This document shows positions 19,612 to 28,690 of a stretch of 64,000 nt of DNA, piece after piece. Position 1 is the stretch's first letter. Each line of letters begins with the position of its first letter. The notes below the pieces were generated by a model that was given only the letters and a program-made list of their open reading frames with translations, had not been told where the DNA came from and searched no databases. This stretch comes from a virus: IMG/VR virus record IMGVR_UViG_3300032117_000009, positions 60,689 to 124,688 of that record. One strand, given 5' to 3'. The position numbers were made by a program, and so were the translations under genes.

Positions 19612-22600
19612 CAAAATCCCCAGGCGTCATTATATTTTTTCTTATGCTCTTGGTCATCACCTTCGCAGTACTTACATTGATTGTAAAGAGTATCTAATTT
19701 AGGCGACCAACAATTATGACAAATTTCATCTTTCCAACACTCTGGGCAATAAATTAAACCGTAGCCAAATTTCCAGCCTTTTTTAGCTGCATTTTTTTCG
19801 TCACCGTCTACGCCACCAACATCTAAGCACTCATCGCACCTAAAACGATAATTATCATCATCCCACATAGCTTGTCTTACTGAAGAGTTTTTATCAAAAC
19901 CCCAAGCTTTATTGTAATCCTGCTTTTTTTCTTCTTTTGTTAAAGGTTCGCAATTTAAACAACGGCCTTTATCTTTATCCAATTTAGAACCACAACCATC
20001 TTCTGCATATCCATAGCAATCATTATATTCTTTATTGTTGAATTTAGCGTATAATCTTTGCTGATATTGGTCAGTGCAATAAAGATTTTTGTGCAATGGG
20101 CATACATGAGATAATGAGTCTGGGTCACCATTTTGATAATGAACTGTTTCCCAACCAATTGGATGATCCATGTCATAGTCAAGGCCATCTTCATGTTCAT
20201 TGCAGCCAGGGTGATCACAGTCAGCTCCGTATGTCATGGTAGCTTTCTTGTCAAATCCCCAAGCCTTATTGTAATTATGTGTAACAAAATCGCAATGTGG
20301 GCATATAGTAGATGAATTTTCTATCTTCCAACCGCATTTATTACATCTATTAATATCAGTGTGCTTTGGGCAGACAAATTGCTGGTTTTGTATTGTCCAA
20401 CCATTTTCAATAGCTTTTTGAACTGGCCTTTCTCTTAAACCAATTTGGAAACTATTATGGCAAATTTCATCATCACCAGTTTTGTGGTTTCCACACTGAA
20501 TCGATCTATTGGTTAGATCAGCATTAGATTTTTTTCCAAAACCCCATGCGCTATTATAAAATTTTTTGTCAGATCCTTCACATAATGTGCATTGGCCGAA
20601 TTTCCCGAGCTTTTGTCCACAACCGAACGTCATATTTAATGGGTCGTTAATGTTCTCATCTAAGTGTCTTCCTTTTTTGCAAGTTGGGCAAAAATGAAGT
20701 TCTTCAGAATCATCATAATCTAATCCTGGCGTTTTATCTTTAAAACCATTTAAACTAGCTCTACCCCATTTAGAATTAATATATTGGTCAAAATTAGGAT
20801 CATGCTCTCCACATCTATCACAAAAAATAACTCTTTCAAATGAAGCTTTTTTGTCAAAACCCCATGCATCGTTATATACTTCTGGCTGTTTGATTGAACA
20901 TTCATTGCAATAATGTGATCCATTACCTGGGTCATATCCCTCATATCTGGGGATCTCTGAATAGCAACTATCACAGAATATTTTTATAAATGCTTCTTTT
21001 GAGGCAGCAGAAGATAAGCCACGCTCATAGTCTTGCATGCTTGGCGCATCTGTTGCCATTCCATCTTTTCCAGGATCTGGGTTCGGAGTAGAGCCAAAGC
21101 CTAAACCATCTGTGTCGCCAGTATCTTGTGCCATTCCTGGCATGATAGCTTCATTGGGTTGGTCTAATGAGAAGTAATTGATAGCTTTCTTCAAACCCCA
21201 TGCGTTGTCATAATTTTTCTTTATGTTTTCGTCTAAACCATCACATACTAGGCATTGACCATATTTGCCTTTTAAATTTGTGCAATTAGGGCAACGTTCT
21301 TTTGCATGTTCTGGGCAATAATCAGAATCTTGTTTACCTAAAAACCAATTTTCAAGCGCATCTTCATCATCATGATAAACTATGTTCTTGCAGCCTTCTT
21401 CATCGCAGTGATGGAACGTAGAAGCTTTTTTATCAAATCCCCAGGCATCTTTGTAATCTTTTTGATATTCTTCGTTAGATCCATCACAAGTTTCACACTG
21501 ACCGTACTTTCCCTCTTTCCATGATTTACATCTAGGGCAGAATGTAGTATCTCCTGCACATGGAGGACATATGTAACAATCATGTTTATCATCCCAATGC
21601 ATATTAGGGCCTGGGTGAGTATCTTCACAGTGTCCACATGTATCTTCACCAAGAATATATTCAGAACAATTATCACAATAAAGTGAATCATGGTAACCAT
21701 GTACATCCCAAGGATAAATAGGCTGTAGGGTAGTTCCGTATTCATCTACTAGCTTATCGTGTTCAATGTCTTTTCCTGGAAAGCTTTTTTGTATACAGCT
21801 TGGACATTTCACTCCACCGTCACTAAGAAAACAAAGAAGATCTGGATTATGGCTAGAAGCTTTTTTATCAAAGCCCCAGGCATTAAAATAAGCTTTTGAG
21901 TCCTTGCCATCACAATCTAAGCATTGTCCAAATATGCCTGCATTTTTTTTATTAAGTTTTTTCCCACAGCCAGTTTTTAATAAATTTCTTCCTTCTTCAT
22001 CCCATTGGTCTATGCAATAAAGTTGAGCATGTTCTGGGCAAAAATCAGCTATATCTTTTTCTCCACCAGCTGTTTGCCCAGCTGTTTGCCAATTCTTATC
22101 TATTGCATCTTCAAGATCTACAATTTTATTGCATAATGGGTGATCGCAATCAATCTCTCCGGTTGAATGCATGCTAGAGTCTTTATTAAATCCCCAAGCG
22201 TCTTTGTAATCTTTTTTAACTTCTTTTTTAATTTGATCGTAACAATCTTTACAGTAAACACAATCCCCATATTTATTCATATTTTTTATATGGTGATCAT
22301 AGCAACATTTGTCACATACAAAAGAATTTTCTGAAGCTTTTTTATCAAAACCCCATGCATTTTTATAATTTTCTTCTGTATCTTCTTCTGTTGCCTCGCA
22401 ATCATCGCAAAGGCTATACTTATTTAAAAGCTCACCACATCCATGACCAATTTCATCTCTATCTACACAATGTAGTTTTTTGTGCTCTGGGCAGAAATCA
22501 TAATCTTGTTCTCCCGATAGCCAATCTCCTAATGTTTCATAGTCATCATGGTAAACAATATTATTGCACCCTTCTTCATCACAATGAAAAAATGTAGATG

Positions 22601-22985
22601 CTTTTTTATTAAATCCCCAGGCATCGGCATATTCTTTTACCAAGCCATCTTCCGTTTGATTTGAGCACCAAGTGCATTTACCATATGGTCCTAATAACGA
22701 ACCACAACCGTTTTTTGTTGTAGTAAGGTGATGATTTGCATCATCTACGCAATGCAGATCTTTATGTTCTGGGCAGAAATGTTCTGTTGCAAAATCGTTG
22801 TGCTTAAAGTTTGATCCTGAGACATTAGCTACGCCCCAATTACCCTGAGCACCATATCCTGATAGTATGCCTGATCGATCAACAACTATTTCATTCTGAC
22901 AATAACCATTGTCTCCATAATGATTACATCTTACTCTTGGAATAAACGAAGCTTTTTTATTAAATCCCCAGGAATCGGCATATTC
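18435..22985 (-). repeat. Dispersed repeat encoding (A/S/N)WGF(D/N)KKAS, 13 copies
   Basis: Plus-strand consensus gaagcttttttatcaaa(t/a/g)cccca; copies near 22948, 22600, 22333, 22178, 21856, 21421, 21181, 20842, 20525, 20241, 19882, 19611, 18435. Confidence 0.9.
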
Positions 22986-23312
22986 TTTTTCTATTTCTTC
23001 TTCTGTTGCTTCGCAATTGTCGCATTTACCATAATTGTTTAATACCTCACCACATCCATGACCAACTTCATCATTGTCTACACAATGAAGTTTCTTGTGC
23101 TTTGGGCAGAAATGTTGATCAGAAGCTGTAGCGTTGCCCCATTTATTTTCTTCTAGGGCATAATATTGACGTATTCTTCCTCTATTATCAATGCTTTCAT
23201 TTTCATTGGGGCAATAAGTTATTCTGCCACCATCTTCATCCACATGATCACAGATAGCCTTGGTTACAAGCGATGCTTCTTTAGGAGCGATATCATCACA
23301 GGAATCATACAT
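19611..23312 (-). CDS. 1233-aa polyprotein-like array of Cys/His Zn-binding modules joined by WGF(D/N)KKAS linkers
   Basis: 12 Y..AWG(F/L) linkers counted by eye; start moved from 23360 to the ATG overlapping the upstream stop (ATGTATGA). Confidence 0.9.
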   Translation of the reverse strand: MYDSCDDIAPKEASLVTKAICDHVDEDGGRITYCPNENESIDNRGRIRQYYALEENKWGNATASDQHFCPKHKKLHCVDNDEVGHGCGEVLNNYGKCDNCEATEEEIEKEYADSWGFNKKASFIPRVRCNHYGDNGYCQNEIVVDRSGILSGYGAQGNWGVANVSGSNFKHNDFATEHFCPEHKDLHCVDDANHHLTTTKNGCGSLLGPYGKCTWCSNQTEDGLVKEYADAWGFNKKASTFFHCDEEGCNNIVYHDDYETLGDWLSGEQDYDFCPEHKKLHCVDRDEIGHGCGELLNKYSLCDDCEATEEDTEENYKNAWGFDKKASENSFVCDKCCYDHHIKNMNKYGDCVYCKDCYDQIKKEVKKDYKDAWGFNKDSSMHSTGEIDCDHPLCNKIVDLEDAIDKNWQTAGQTAGGEKDIADFCPEHAQLYCIDQWDEEGRNLLKTGCGKKLNKKNAGIFGQCLDCDGKDSKAYFNAWGFDKKASSHNPDLLCFLSDGGVKCPSCIQKSFPGKDIEHDKLVDEYGTTLQPIYPWDVHGYHDSLYCDNCSEYILGEDTCGHCEDTHPGPNMHWDDKHDCYICPPCAGDTTFCPRCKSWKEGKYGQCETCDGSNEEYQKDYKDAWGFDKKASTFHHCDEEGCKNIVYHDDEDALENWFLGKQDSDYCPEHAKERCPNCTNLKGKYGQCLVCDGLDENIKKNYDNAWGLKKAINYFSLDQPNEAIMPGMAQDTGDTDGLGFGSTPNPDPGKDGMATDAPSMQDYERGLSSAASKEAFIKIFCDSCYSEIPRYEGYDPGNGSHYCNECSIKQPEVYNDAWGFDKKASFERVIFCDRCGEHDPNFDQYINSKWGRASLNGFKDKTPGLDYDDSEELHFCPTCKKGRHLDENINDPLNMTFGCGQKLGKFGQCTLCEGSDKKFYNSAWGFGKKSNADLTNRSIQCGNHKTGDDEICHNSFQIGLRERPVQKAIENGWTIQNQQFVCPKHTDINRCNKCGWKIENSSTICPHCDFVTHNYNKAWGFDKKATMTYGADCDHPGCNEHEDGLDYDMDHPIGWETVHYQNGDPDSLSHVCPLHKNLYCTDQYQQRLYAKFNNKEYNDCYGYAEDGCGSKLDKDKGRCLNCEPLTKEEKKQDYNKAWGFDKNSSVRQAMWDDDNYRFRCDECLDVGGVDGDEKNAAKKGWKFGYGLIYCPECWKDEICHNCWSPKLDTLYNQCKYCEGDDQEHKKKYNDAWGF

Positions 23313-24057
23313 GGCAATCACAACCGCATGGTGGGCATGAACAATTACCGCCCTTGTCAAAGCGGTTACAGCTAGAAAGGTGGTCTATTTCAGGATAATA
23401 ATCATTGCAATTACAATTATGGCATAAATCATATGCACAATCTGGGCAATAGTCCTCAGACCCTTCATTTACCCATTCATTATATGGATCTAAACTGTTA
23501 TTATTTTTAGCACCACATCCATCACAAATAGTTAAAATGTGTAATTGCTTAGACGATTCTCTCCAAGAGTTCTGGTAATCATTGGTAAGCTCTGTACCAC
23601 CAGGTCCTTCGTTATCAATGTATCCACCGCAATCGGGGCACTCATTGTACTCATAAGCGTAATCAATGGCTTGCTTAGATATTTGATTCTTATCGCAATG
23701 TGGGCAAGTGTATGGTTCGCCAGCAGCAATCTTTACAGAAGCTGTATGGGTATCATCATCGTCATCTTTACGTACAATAGTAATTTTAGGCCACTTATGG
23801 CCATCAGAAGGCTTATCTGTGCCTTCAGGCCATTTTTGTGGAGCTGGATTAGGATTAGGAAATACTTCTGACCATGGGCCAGTCATCTTTTCATAATCCT
23901 GATCGTCAATATCCTTAAGACGATTAATCATATGATCAATTTCAGGATCAAATTGATTTTCTCCAGGGTGTGCTTGATTCATATGATCAGCACGCTCTTG
24001 TAACGTATATCCTGCCCAGTCACAATGGGAGCAGCCTAGCCCAGGCTCATACTCCAC
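23305..24057 (-). CDS. Modular protein: C2H2 finger plus several Zn ribbons
   Basis: CSHC...HMNQAH; CPHC..CPDC; CDGC..W..DYCPDC; linkers HTASVKIAA and NSWRESSKQL. Confidence 0.8.
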   Translation of the reverse strand: MEYEPGLGCSHCDWAGYTLQERADHMNQAHPGENQFDPEIDHMINRLKDIDDQDYEKMTGPWSEVFPNPNPAPQKWPEGTDKPSDGHKWPKITIVRKDDDDDTHTASVKIAAGEPYTCPHCDKNQISKQAIDYAYEYNECPDCGGYIDNEGPGGTELTNDYQNSWRESSKQLHILTICDGCGAKNNNSLDPYNEWVNEGSEDYCPDCAYDLCHNCNCNDYYPEIDHLSSCNRFDKGGNCSCPPCGCDCHV

Positions 24058-24065
24058 TGGGCTGG

Positions 24066-24893
24066 CTATTTTGGGGAATTCCCCCTAAAGTTATTTGGGT
24101 AATTAGGGGCGCTTTTAGGCATTTCATAATGAGTTTGCGAATTAACATCTTGTGGATGTGGTGGTGATGAAACAAGGTTTGGCTCATTATAAAGAAGTCC
24201 TTGCTTATAACCCTGATAGTAATCCATGGAGAGATTAGCCATTCCCTCATCCATTTCTTTACCAGATGTAGCATCGGAATAACCTTTATAAAATACATCG
24301 GAGTCAGAAGCTATTTTATTCATTGTCTTATAATAGTCTTCTGCTGTCCATTTAGATGCAGTAGAAGTAGGCATTTGTGCTGTTTGTGGCATATTAGCTG
24401 TTTCTGGCATGTCTACGTTTGAAACAGCGGAAGCGCCTTCTTGAACATCTGGAGAAGACATTTCTGGGCTAGGCATTACATCTGCTATTACCCACGAAGA
24501 AGCAGATACAAGAATGCCCTCAGGGTTTTCTTCAGTATCGCTCATCACTGTGCCAGCAATGGGTCCAAGGTCCATGTACATTTCATCATTAGCTGTATCA
24601 TTTACAGCAAATCGGTTATGGTTACCTTGCTCAGAAATCTTTTTGTGCGTATCCCAACAGCAACCACAACCAACTTCCATTGGGCAAACGTGGTCATCAT
24701 GGAAGTTATCTTCGGCATCACGACAAGTTACACAAGTATTATCCAGCAATGGATGTGAACTATATGCACAACTCATGCTTGGGTAATTAGTTGGGTCACC
24801 ACAATGCTGACAGATAGGACCATCTCCTAAGCTAGCATATGCTTTAAAACTGTCTTGGCCCTCTAGCTCAGACCAGCGTGGCGGTAATGTCAT
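24066..24893 (-). CDS. Modular protein: Zn module, low-complexity spacer, Y.GY..G helical module
   Basis: CQHC..CVTC..CPMEVGCGCC; FYKGYSDA...YYQGYKQG; AGGAG RBS. Confidence 0.75.
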   Translation of the reverse strand: MTLPPRWSELEGQDSFKAYASLGDGPICQHCGDPTNYPSMSCAYSSHPLLDNTCVTCRDAEDNFHDDHVCPMEVGCGCCWDTHKKISEQGNHNRFAVNDTANDEMYMDLGPIAGTVMSDTEENPEGILVSASSWVIADVMPSPEMSSPDVQEGASAVSNVDMPETANMPQTAQMPTSTASKWTAEDYYKTMNKIASDSDVFYKGYSDATSGKEMDEGMANLSMDYYQGYKQGLLYNEPNLVSSPPHPQDVNSQTHYEMPKSAPNYPNNFRGNSPK

Positions 24894-24995
24894 TCTATTC
24901 TCCTTGGACAGGCAAAAATCTTGGCACCAATGATTTCTATTACAAAGGACGACTTGTTGATAATTTTAGTTGAAATTCGCTTAAAATGCTAGTTT

Positions 24996-25526
24996 CTATG
25001 ACCAATCAATATTATTGTATGGGTTCATGCATTTGATGGCTTGCTTATGGCCTTTAGTTATAGCATCAGGAACTATTTTCTCAACAAACTTATGTTTTTT
25101 CATATAAGCGTCAACAGCTTCAGGGTTATCAATGTTGTTAGGTTGCTCTTGAAGCATTTTGTAATAAAGATTTTTGCTTGCTTTAGAAAGTTCGTGACCT
25201 ATGTGATCAACCAGGTGATTACCACTTAATGATTTTCCGTCTAATCCCCATTTATGGTCTTCTGCATATTCAATGTCTTCTGGTGAAAATGAACGTAATA
25301 TTTCTTCAACGTCATTGTTATTAATACACCAATTATTATGACATCCATCAAATGGTGTATTACGCCCTAACCCACGTCTTAAATCTATTGGGTTATCACA
25401 TCTTCCACATGTTTCTTCATATTTGTGAACAACTCTGCCATGGTAACTATTGTACTCAAATGGCATATCGTCGTAATCACTATCTTTGTAGTTTATACAA
25501 TTTGGAATTTCATTCCATAAACCCAT
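24996..25526 (-). CDS. Hypothetical protein with CGRC...C...WC motif
   Basis: ORF; start moved to the ATG 1 nt after the upstream stop; ends NPYNNIDWS. Confidence 0.7.
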   Translation of the reverse strand: MGLWNEIPNCINYKDSDYDDMPFEYNSYHGRVVHKYEETCGRCDNPIDLRRGLGRNTPFDGCHNNWCINNNDVEEILRSFSPEDIEYAEDHKWGLDGKSLSGNHLVDHIGHELSKASKNLYYKMLQEQPNNIDNPEAVDAYMKKHKFVEKIVPDAITKGHKQAIKCMNPYNNIDWS

Positions 25527-25527
25527 G

Positions 25528-26040
25528 TTACCAAAGCTCCCCATCATCAGAAATCTTGAGCTTGTTGAGTCTTCCTCTTGACATATCCCATGGATTGTTA
25601 TACCCTAGGTCCCTTTTCTCATTTCTGTCCCATACCATTTTGTTTTCTGGTCTATATGGGTAAACATCATCATGTGGGCTAAAGAATGTATAGTTTTGTT
25701 CATTACAGGGTATATTCCCACAAACAAACATACCATGTTTACGATGAAATGCTTCTAGCTCATCATTGTCGTTTAAATCTTTGATTTCATGGATATCTTT
25801 TGGATGGCTACCCAGAGAACCACGATAAAAATCATTTATATATTCATTGCGTTCATGTTCGTTATACCCTTGGAAATTATCCTGTTTGTGTGCAATATAT
25901 TCATCAATTGGCACTGGTGATACTGTTGAGCATCCACACTGAGGGCAATTAATCTTTTTACCACTCTCGCTATACCAATTATCTGACCAGTTGCCACCCT
26001 GGTTATTAAGCGCCCAATCGCCAATTTCCATTTTTTGCAT
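25528..26040 (-). CDS. Zn-ribbon protein (CPQC...CGNIPC)
   Basis: Split CxxC pairs; ends DDGELW. Confidence 0.7.
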   Translation of the reverse strand: MQKMEIGDWALNNQGGNWSDNWYSESGKKINCPQCGCSTVSPVPIDEYIAHKQDNFQGYNEHERNEYINDFYRGSLGSHPKDIHEIKDLNDNDELEAFHRKHGMFVCGNIPCNEQNYTFFSPHDDVYPYRPENKMVWDRNEKRDLGYNNPWDMSRGRLNKLKISDDGELW

Positions 26041-26042
26041 GA

Positions 26043-26951
26043 TCAACCTATCCTAAAGTCCATACCAGACCAGTGGGAACAAACATCACAATCGCATTTC
26101 TTCCCATGACGAATTAAACCAGGTGCATAATCTTGCACATCAAGGATACGCCCATTACTACCAAGAGTATAGATACGCTTCGATTGCTTAAAACGATCTT
26201 CCCATATGTTAGCGTCTTCTGAAAGTTTATTTTCCATATTCTGGTGAGCATGCTCTTTAGTTATGTTGGCGTAATCAATAATTTTGCTCTTAGCCTCTTC
26301 TGCACTTGTTGTATCATCACCAAGATTAGTCCTAGCAATTGCAGGAGACAATATACCAGCATGCTCTACTCTTGGAAAAAATGTGCAATCAGTTGAGCTA
26401 GGATTATTTGCATTCTCTGATGGGTGAAAAGTATATGTTGGAGCAAAATTTCCATTGTTATCACCAATTTTCAATGGCTCTTCTTCAAAAATTCCACCAC
26501 CGAACATTTTTCCCATATGTTCTTTCCAGCTGTCAAGGGCTTCATCGTTGTCAACAGACTCAGGAAACTTCTGAGTATGCGAGAATTGATAGAAATGGTG
26601 ATCTCCACCTTCTTTTTCAGATGGAATAGTGATATGCCATCCTGTGGCTACATTGAATGGCAAGCTACTTGGGCTGAGGTCATGACCATCATGCTCGTCA
26701 AAACCAGGTACATGAAGCTGCTCAATATTTAATTTTTTATTATTGATCTCTGAATCCATGATTGGGTGTCGGTCAACTGCATGGAAATGAGGGTCATGTA
26801 TTGCGCCATCGCATGAAAAAAATGGCCCACGCTTCTGTTTTAACTCTTCTGGGTCAAGAATTTCTTTTCCGGTCTTTAAATCTCTGTTATTAACTGGTTT
26901 GTACGGCTCATAATAACTATCATCAGTAGCTGCGATGACGTATTGGCTCAT
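26043..26951 (-). CDS. RGPFFSC-domain protein, paralog 1
   Basis: Shares RGPFFSC, PHFH.VD.HP, LNI.Q.HVPG.D.HDG, TGWHI, EALD.WKE with 26954-27826. Confidence 0.75.
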   Translation of the reverse strand: MSQYVIAATDDSYYEPYKPVNNRDLKTGKEILDPEELKQKRGPFFSCDGAIHDPHFHAVDRHPIMDSEINNKKLNIEQLHVPGFDEHDGHDLSPSSLPFNVATGWHITIPSEKEGGDHHFYQFSHTQKFPESVDNDEALDSWKEHMGKMFGGGIFEEEPLKIGDNNGNFAPTYTFHPSENANNPSSTDCTFFPRVEHAGILSPAIARTNLGDDTTSAEEAKSKIIDYANITKEHAHQNMENKLSEDANIWEDRFKQSKRIYTLGSNGRILDVQDYAPGLIRHGKKCDCDVCSHWSGMDFRIG

Positions 26952-26953
26952 TA

Positions 26954-27826
26954 TTAATACCGGCCCTTATTCTTCTTAGAATTCTTATACAGCTCTTCCC
27001 AAATGTCAGGGTTTTCCTCTGACTTTTTGTAATTCTGTATAATACTATTCATATCTAGCTTGTCAGCATAGTTTAACAGAGAATTCTGTGATTCTGAAGA
27101 ATTATTGTGGCCTTCAAATATTTTTGTACGTGAGAAAGAAGGACGAATTCTGCTCTTCATTTGTTTAGATGGGTGGAATACGATACTGTAAGCCTTTTCA
27201 CCTGGCTTTAAACCAAAAGGAACTTGTTGCTGTTGCTTTTGTTGCTCTTGTTGCTGTTCTTGCTCTTGTTGCTTTTCTTGCTCTTGTTGCTCTTGTTGCT
27301 CTTGCTCTTCTGGCTCTTGTTCTGGATCTTGTTCTTGCTCTTCACGCTCTTTTGGCTGTTCTTTGCCAGGAAGAAAGTCATAAACAATATCGCTAGGGTC
27401 TTTTGCATTATCAGCTGGACGCTTAATGAATGCACCAGGACCGTGTACGTTAGTACACTCTTCCTTCCACAGGTCTAAAGCTTCATTAGCGTCTGTTGTG
27501 GTACTATACTTCTTTGTGGCTGAGAGTTGAGTGATATGTGAATTTGTATTTGGCTCAATGATGTGCCAACCAGTGATAATGTGGTATGGAGGCATAGTTG
27601 AGAAATTAGTTTTTACGTTGCCATCATGCTGGTCATAACCAGGAACGTGCATTTGACGAATATTCAAACCCTCATTGTTCTCAATGTCTGGGTGACCATC
27701 TACTACGTGGAAGTGTGGGGTTTCCTTTTTCCCATAACAAGAGAAGAAAGGACCTCTCCCACTACTTGCTGGTGCATAAGGCTGTTCATCGCCATCATCA
27801 GATGCATATACGTAATGTAAACTCAT
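26954..27826 (-). CDS. RGPFFSC-domain protein, paralog 2, with Gln/Glu-rich insertion
   Basis: Tandem paralog of 26043-26951; EQEQQEQQEQEKQQEQEQQQEQQKQQQQ insert. Confidence 0.75.
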   Translation of the reverse strand: MSLHYVYASDDGDEQPYAPASSGRGPFFSCYGKKETPHFHVVDGHPDIENNEGLNIRQMHVPGYDQHDGNVKTNFSTMPPYHIITGWHIIEPNTNSHITQLSATKKYSTTTDANEALDLWKEECTNVHGPGAFIKRPADNAKDPSDIVYDFLPGKEQPKEREEQEQDPEQEPEEQEQQEQQEQEKQQEQEQQQEQQKQQQQVPFGLKPGEKAYSIVFHPSKQMKSRIRPSFSRTKIFEGHNNSSESQNSLLNYADKLDMNSIIQNYKKSEENPDIWEELYKNSKKNKGRY

Positions 27827-28323
27827 TGATCATACCATTCTTTTTGAGCTTTTTTAATATTTTTCCATTGAACATCATGAAGTCGGTGGCGAACTTCACC
27901 ATTTCTTATGTCTTTTTTAATTTTTTTGATTTTCCACCATTTTAACATCTGATGATGTTTGTTGTCTGGGTCGTCAGGATCTACTGATCTTCCCTTATCT
28001 GATAAATCTACGAGCTTTTCTTTTGAAATAACGTAAATATATCCGTGATAACCGACTTCTTGGAACTTGCCTTTGAACAATCCAGCAGGAAGTTTGCGCC
28101 CAGTTTCTTCTTCCCACTCTCTCACTGCTGCTTGGAACGGGTCTTCACCCTTTTTTACATGCCCACCAGGAAATTCCCATACTCCTGGGCTGTTCAATGG
28201 AAGCTCAGAGTGTGACCTTCTCTTAAGCAATAGAACATTACCAGTGTCCTCTGCTTTTACACAGAGTCCAGCTAGAACATCAGTATCATCAGGTGCTTTG
28301 AGTGCGTATCTCATATCAATCAA
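27823..28323 (-). CDS. NUDIX hydrolase
   Basis: Intact Nudix box GGHVKKGEDPFQAAVREWEEETG preceded by VLLLKRR...WEFPGG. Confidence 0.92.
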   Translation of the reverse strand: MIDMRYALKAPDDTDVLAGLCVKAEDTGNVLLLKRRSHSELPLNSPGVWEFPGGHVKKGEDPFQAAVREWEEETGRKLPAGLFKGKFQEVGYHGYIYVISKEKLVDLSDKGRSVDPDDPDNKHHQMLKWWKIKKIKKDIRNGEVRHRLHDVQWKNIKKAQKEWYDQ

Positions 28324-28690
28324 AAAAATGCTTATATGGGTTTTCTATAAATGGCTCTTCTATATCATCAATATGTACTCTATGTAAGTCTTTATATGGA
28401 TAAATTGGTAAATAGTCGTAATCACTTTCCCATTCGTGATAACGGTAAAGACATGGTTCACAAAAAAAGTGATTTTGTCTTCTCAAAGCTTTATGATTAT
28501 ATTTGTTTTTATAATCTTGTCCATATTCACAAGAAGTATCAGCGCCTAAATCACCATAAAGATCGCCTTCTATTCCTTTATAATGGCCATTATACAACGT
28601 ATCCGTTTTAGACACTGGATGAATGTATGAACTATCGCAATTTGGGCAAACAAGAATATGTTCTTCATTGTCATGAGCATGATAAGCCAT
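28316..28690 (-). CDS. Zn-ribbon protein (CPNC...CEPC)
   Basis: Split CxxC pairs; same architecture as 25528-26040 and the N-terminus of 28690-29463. Confidence 0.7.
   Translation of the reverse strand: MAYHAHDNEEHILVCPNCDSSYIHPVSKTDTLYNGHYKGIEGDLYGDLGADTSCEYGQDYKNKYNHKALRRQNHFFCEPCLYRYHEWESDYDYLPIYPYKDLHRVHIDDIEEPFIENPYKHFFD

Noticed and set aside
18435-22985. WGFDKKAS DNA repeats as a CRISPR array
   Set aside because: Repeats are degenerate at synonymous positions, spacing is about 155-435 bp and irregular, everything lies in open reading frames, and the only Cas4-like gene is a stand-alone phage exonuclease 27 kb away
16046-23312. Diversity-generating retroelement (template/variable repeats)
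   Set aside because: No reverse transcriptase in the window and no pair of near-identical repeats differing only at adenines
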